The notes beneath the pieces are model-generated. The model searched no databases and had not been told where the DNA came from. It was given only the letters and a program-made list of their open reading frames with translations. Shown here one piece after another: positions 22,515 through 25,492 of a stretch of 25,492 nt of DNA (its first letter is position 1; the number at the start of each line of letters is the position of its first letter). Position numbers and translations under genes: made by a program. This DNA comes from Candidatus Pacearchaeota archaeon (GTDB lineage: Archaea; Nanobdellota; Nanobdellia; Pacearchaeales; GW2011-AR1), in the NCBI GenBank assembly GCA_018303895.1, contig JAGVXJ010000068.1, positions 1 through 25,492 on the forward strand, given 5' to 3'.

Positions 22515-24878
22515 TTAAATTACGTCTTCAACAATTGTGTAAGTGTCATACGGTTTTATTATCATCGAGCATTTGTTAGGTAACGGCTCGTTTCCGTAAA
22601 TATCTTTACACTTCAAATAATAATTTGAATCTGGTTTCCAGTCAGTGAAGTGATTTGTGTCGTCGATATCTTGGAACTTTGTTCCCTCGTTGTAATAATA
22701 AGTGCAATCAACATTGTCATAAACACATTCTGCTTTCTCATTTGTGGCTATCTTCAAATAATTACTTTCATAATAAACTCTTGTGACTAATGGTGCATCA
22801 TTATCTGAATCAATGAAGAAGCTCGTTTGTTTTCTGTCTGCATTTCCACCAAGGTCAATACACTTTACATCGAAAGTGTAGAATAATTCATTCAAGAATA
22901 AATCCTGTGAATGTTGTAATCCACCTGTGTTGAAGAATTGAACGAAATTTTGTTCTGGTTCAATTGCTCTTTTGAAATAACACTTTGCTTCTCCCTCATT
23001 TGCTCCGCCGAAAGTTTCAGCAGTTAAAGTTACTTTCACAGTTTCAGTTGAATCTTTTATTGTTTCATTAGGTCCGATTTTTGTAATTACCAACGGAGCT
23101 GTGCCTAAAATTGCATAAGGATATGATTCAGTATTTTTATTTGAAACTGGGCTCATCATGTCTTCACATCTGAAATAGAATTTATTCTCTTCGCCGTTCT
23201 TTAATGCGTTAAGTTTTGCGACGTGCTTGTATAAATTCATTCCATTAACTTCTCCAGCCTCTCCACCAACTTGTGAATCAATCATAGTGTTGTTCATCTT
23301 GGTTATATCTTGGTCGAATCTGCTCCACTTACACTTTGCTTTTTCGTTTGTATAAACATTCACATCAAACCCTGAAATATTATAAGCGATTGGGAAATTA
23401 TTTAGCGGGTCAGTTGTAATAATTACTGGTGCCGTCGTGTCTGGCCCTTCATTAACACAGAATTCGAAAACAAATTCTGCGGTATTTTGATTTCCGTTTG
23501 CATCTTCACATCTTACAAACATGTTAAAGTTTCCGCCGTTGTTGTAAGTTACATTCTCACCTAACGACGCTGCAGTTGGAAGCGACATAATTTGTGAATG
23601 ATTTTGCGTCAGTAAAGTATTTTCACCGAAGTAATAAGTCATATTATCATAATCTCCTTTTCTTTGATAATCTATTTTACAAGTTGCTGGTTCGTTTGTT
23701 GTTACACCGAAAGATACTGGTGTGAAAGGTGGAAGGCAATTTGCATAACTTGATGAACTTGTTCCAGGAGCATTTCCTGCATAAATTAATTTAACTCCTT
23801 TGTCTGGTGGAGAAACATCTGTTGTTTTGATATATTGATATTTTCCGTCGGAAGGTAACGCATCTTCCCATGGACGAATCTCTGGAGCAACAACATCATT
23901 TCTGTTTGTTGCGAAACACATTTCTTCTTCAGTTCCAGCATTAACTATTTGACAAGCTTTTCCTAAACTTCTACACATATATTCAGAGCACGGAAGAATT
24001 CCCATCTCATTACATAAATGACAATCATCTCCACCCAACGGAGCCTGCCATACAACATTAGAAAAAGTTTTTTTCTGTTTTGCTTCTTCTTTATATGTCG
24101 CTACAAATATAACCATAGCACCAGCGAAAGCACTTCCTAATCCTAATAAGCTACTCCCTAAAACATCTCCAGATAAAGAACCAACTGCAGCACCAATTGG
24201 AAAAGCTGCACCAACTGCATAACTTGCAGAATTCCAAAATCCTTGATGTTCTTTTGCATTTTTCGCAACTACTTGTAATATCCCCCCAAGAATAGTTCCC
24301 CAAATTGCGGCATTGATTAACTTAGCTGCCAATTTTTTTCCACCAGTTAGTGTTTGCTTACATTCGTCATTTTTTGTATAAACTTCATCTACACATTTTT
24401 TTTGTTCATCTCCTTTTTTTGAGCTACATCCAGCAGCAGTTAAAAAAGCATTACATTTTTCAGGATCAACAACATCTCCACTATTCGTTGTTTGAACTAA
24501 TCCTCCCCCAAAAAAATCTTTTGCAATTTGAGCTGCAAGTCCAAGATACTGACCAGTGTCTGTTTTTGAATTTACCGCTAACGGACTGCTACTCTGAACA
24601 GGATTATCTCCTGCCGGTTGGCTGGTTACACATTCTCCATCGGCGTTACATTTTTTTTCTGGACTAGGGCAATTCTCTTCATTACACAATGCTTCATCTA
24701 AATCCCCCATATTCAAGTTTTCTTCACTACCTGAATCAATTTGATCTTTCATCCATTTAACTAATGGACTTTCACTCCCTTCCCCGTCATATGATGAAAC
24801 TAAATTCGTAAATGCAATTATTCCAACTAATAAAATCATTACTTCAAATACGGCTATTTTTTTATTTTGTGTTTCCAT
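22515..24878 (-). CDS. Large secreted Cys-rich protein with a Gly/Ala-rich hydrophobic segment and about four Ig-like repeats
   Basis: Signal peptide. Repeats TNEPATC, TNEKAKC, TNEKAEC and VRCEDANGN, FRCED, VKCIDLGGN, LKCKDIYGN. Confidence 0.75.
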   Translation of the reverse strand: METQNKKIAVFEVMILLVGIIAFTNLVSSYDGEGSESPLVKWMKDQIDSGSEENLNMGDLDEALCNEENCPSPEKKCNADGECVTSQPAGDNPVQSSSPLAVNSKTDTGQYLGLAAQIAKDFFGGGLVQTTNSGDVVDPEKCNAFLTAAGCSSKKGDEQKKCVDEVYTKNDECKQTLTGGKKLAAKLINAAIWGTILGGILQVVAKNAKEHQGFWNSASYAVGAAFPIGAAVGSLSGDVLGSSLLGLGSAFAGAMVIFVATYKEEAKQKKTFSNVVWQAPLGGDDCHLCNEMGILPCSEYMCRSLGKACQIVNAGTEEEMCFATNRNDVVAPEIRPWEDALPSDGKYQYIKTTDVSPPDKGVKLIYAGNAPGTSSSSYANCLPPFTPVSFGVTTNEPATCKIDYQRKGDYDNMTYYFGENTLLTQNHSQIMSLPTAASLGENVTYNNGGNFNMFVRCEDANGNQNTAEFVFEFCVNEGPDTTAPVIITTDPLNNFPIAYNISGFDVNVYTNEKAKCKWSRFDQDITKMNNTMIDSQVGGEAGEVNGMNLYKHVAKLNALKNGEENKFYFRCEDMMSPVSNKNTESYPYAILGTAPLVITKIGPNETIKDSTETVKVTLTAETFGGANEGEAKCYFKRAIEPEQNFVQFFNTGGLQHSQDLFLNELFYTFDVKCIDLGGNADRKQTSFFIDSDNDAPLVTRVYYESNYLKIATNEKAECVYDNVDCTYYYNEGTKFQDIDDTNHFTDWKPDSNYYLKCKDIYGNEPLPNKCSMIIKPYDTYTIVEDVI

Positions 24879-24884
24879 TTTTTA

Positions 24885-25490
24885 TTATAGGTATGATAAC
24901 AAAGCCTGTTCACTAAGGTGGCCACAATTAGGGTTCAATATCAAACTCTTTTCAACATTACTAACTATCTGATAAAGTGCTTCTTTCTTTTTATTTAATT
25001 GAGGTTTTGTTGCTTCATTTTTTTGCATTAGTTTGTAAACTTTTATTTCTTTTACGAACTCCATGACCTGGTTAAGTATCTGATTACAATCTTGAAAATG
25101 ACCACAACACACAAGTTCATTCGTTGATTCACTTGAACATTTTCCTGAAACAATTTTTCCAACACTTGTTCCACTACTTGAAGTACAATAATTTTCATCA
25201 GTCATAATTGCATCTTTTATTTGACATTCCCCACTAACTGGTGCATTTATGCAAACTGAGCTTCCGCCCGTCACTGTTCCACCCCCACTATTTGAACCTT
25301 GTCCACCAGATGCGGGTGGTACCGACGGTGAACTTCCTTTCGGAACGCAACAATTTGCCCCAACTAATCCTCCATAAAAATTACAAGTGCCTTTTATTTC
25401 TTCGTTAGTATCACAATTTCTTTGTCTACAAGTTCCACCATTTCCCCCTTTATCTTTTGGTAGACACCAATCACTTTTATCTGGATCACT
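24885..25490 (-). CDS. 5'-partial Cys-rich secreted/surface protein (open to the window edge)
   Basis: Hand translation shows no stop from 25490: SDPDKSDWCLPK...NCCVPKGSSPSVPPASGGQGSNSGGG..., in frame with track ORF 24885..25274. Confidence 0.7.
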   Translation of the reverse strand, partial: SDPDKSDWCLPKDKGGNGGTCRQRNCDTNEEIKGTCNFYGGLVGANCCVPKGSSPSVPPASGGQGSNSGGGTVTGGSSVCINAPVSGECQIKDAIMTDENYCTSSSGTSVGKIVSGKCSSESTNELVCCGHFQDCNQILNQVMEFVKEIKVYKLMQKNEATKPQLNKKKEALYQIVSNVEKSLILNPNCGHLSEQALLSYL

Positions 25491-25492
25491 TG

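Noticed and set aside
1913-24667. Overlapping or antisense track ORFs (e.g. 1913..2104, 2950..3165, 3565..4098, 5445..5666, 6333..6566, 6600..7019, 7128..7334, 7723..7935, 8019..8402, 8790..9359, 9086..9283, 11151..11453, 11754..12080, 12431..12634, 13137..13358, 14456..14671, 15097..15309, 15212..15400, 18043..18399, 18952..19164, 20231..20425, 20605..20787, 21404..21661, 24350..24667)
   Set aside because: They are shadows of well-supported genes on the opposite strand or frame and have no independent motifs.
24885-25100. Possible frameshift where the last ORF changes from Cys-rich to helical composition
   Set aside because: Both alternative frames contain several stops; the annotated frame is the only open one.

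Overview
AT-rich archaeal DNA with a gene content typical of a small-genome DPANN archaeon (Pacearchaeota/Woesearchaeota-like; the taxonomy is inference). Left part, minus strand: a frameshifted DapF/CntK-like epimerase, tRNA-His(GTG), and a three-gene cluster of uridine phosphorylase, a HAD-IIB phosphatase and a divergent PRTase-like protein, followed by eIF5A. Middle part, plus strand: FKBP PPIase, pyrE, ftsZ-(small Cys-rich ORF)-secE-spt5-rpl11, tRNA-Pro(TGG), rpl37ae-rpoP-pfdB, sepF, two membrane-anchored surface proteins and a small lipoprotein-like ORF. Right part: a divergent PAP2/DedA pair, two paralogous membrane proteins, a large S-layer protein with a long structured leader, four pilin-like (class III signal peptide-like) genes and two Cys-rich surface proteins. 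The most unusual signal is non-coding: short palindromic mini-elements, several tagged by GCG(A/T)AG(C/T), sit at gene ends (tRNA-His, eIF5A, rpl11, tRNA-Pro, PAP2). Several are bracketed by a second copy of the gene's own 3' end. For eIF5A and PAP2 the second copy differs from the gene mostly by synonymous changes. No recombinase or transposase gene is visible in the window, and an assembly artefact cannot be excluded without reads.
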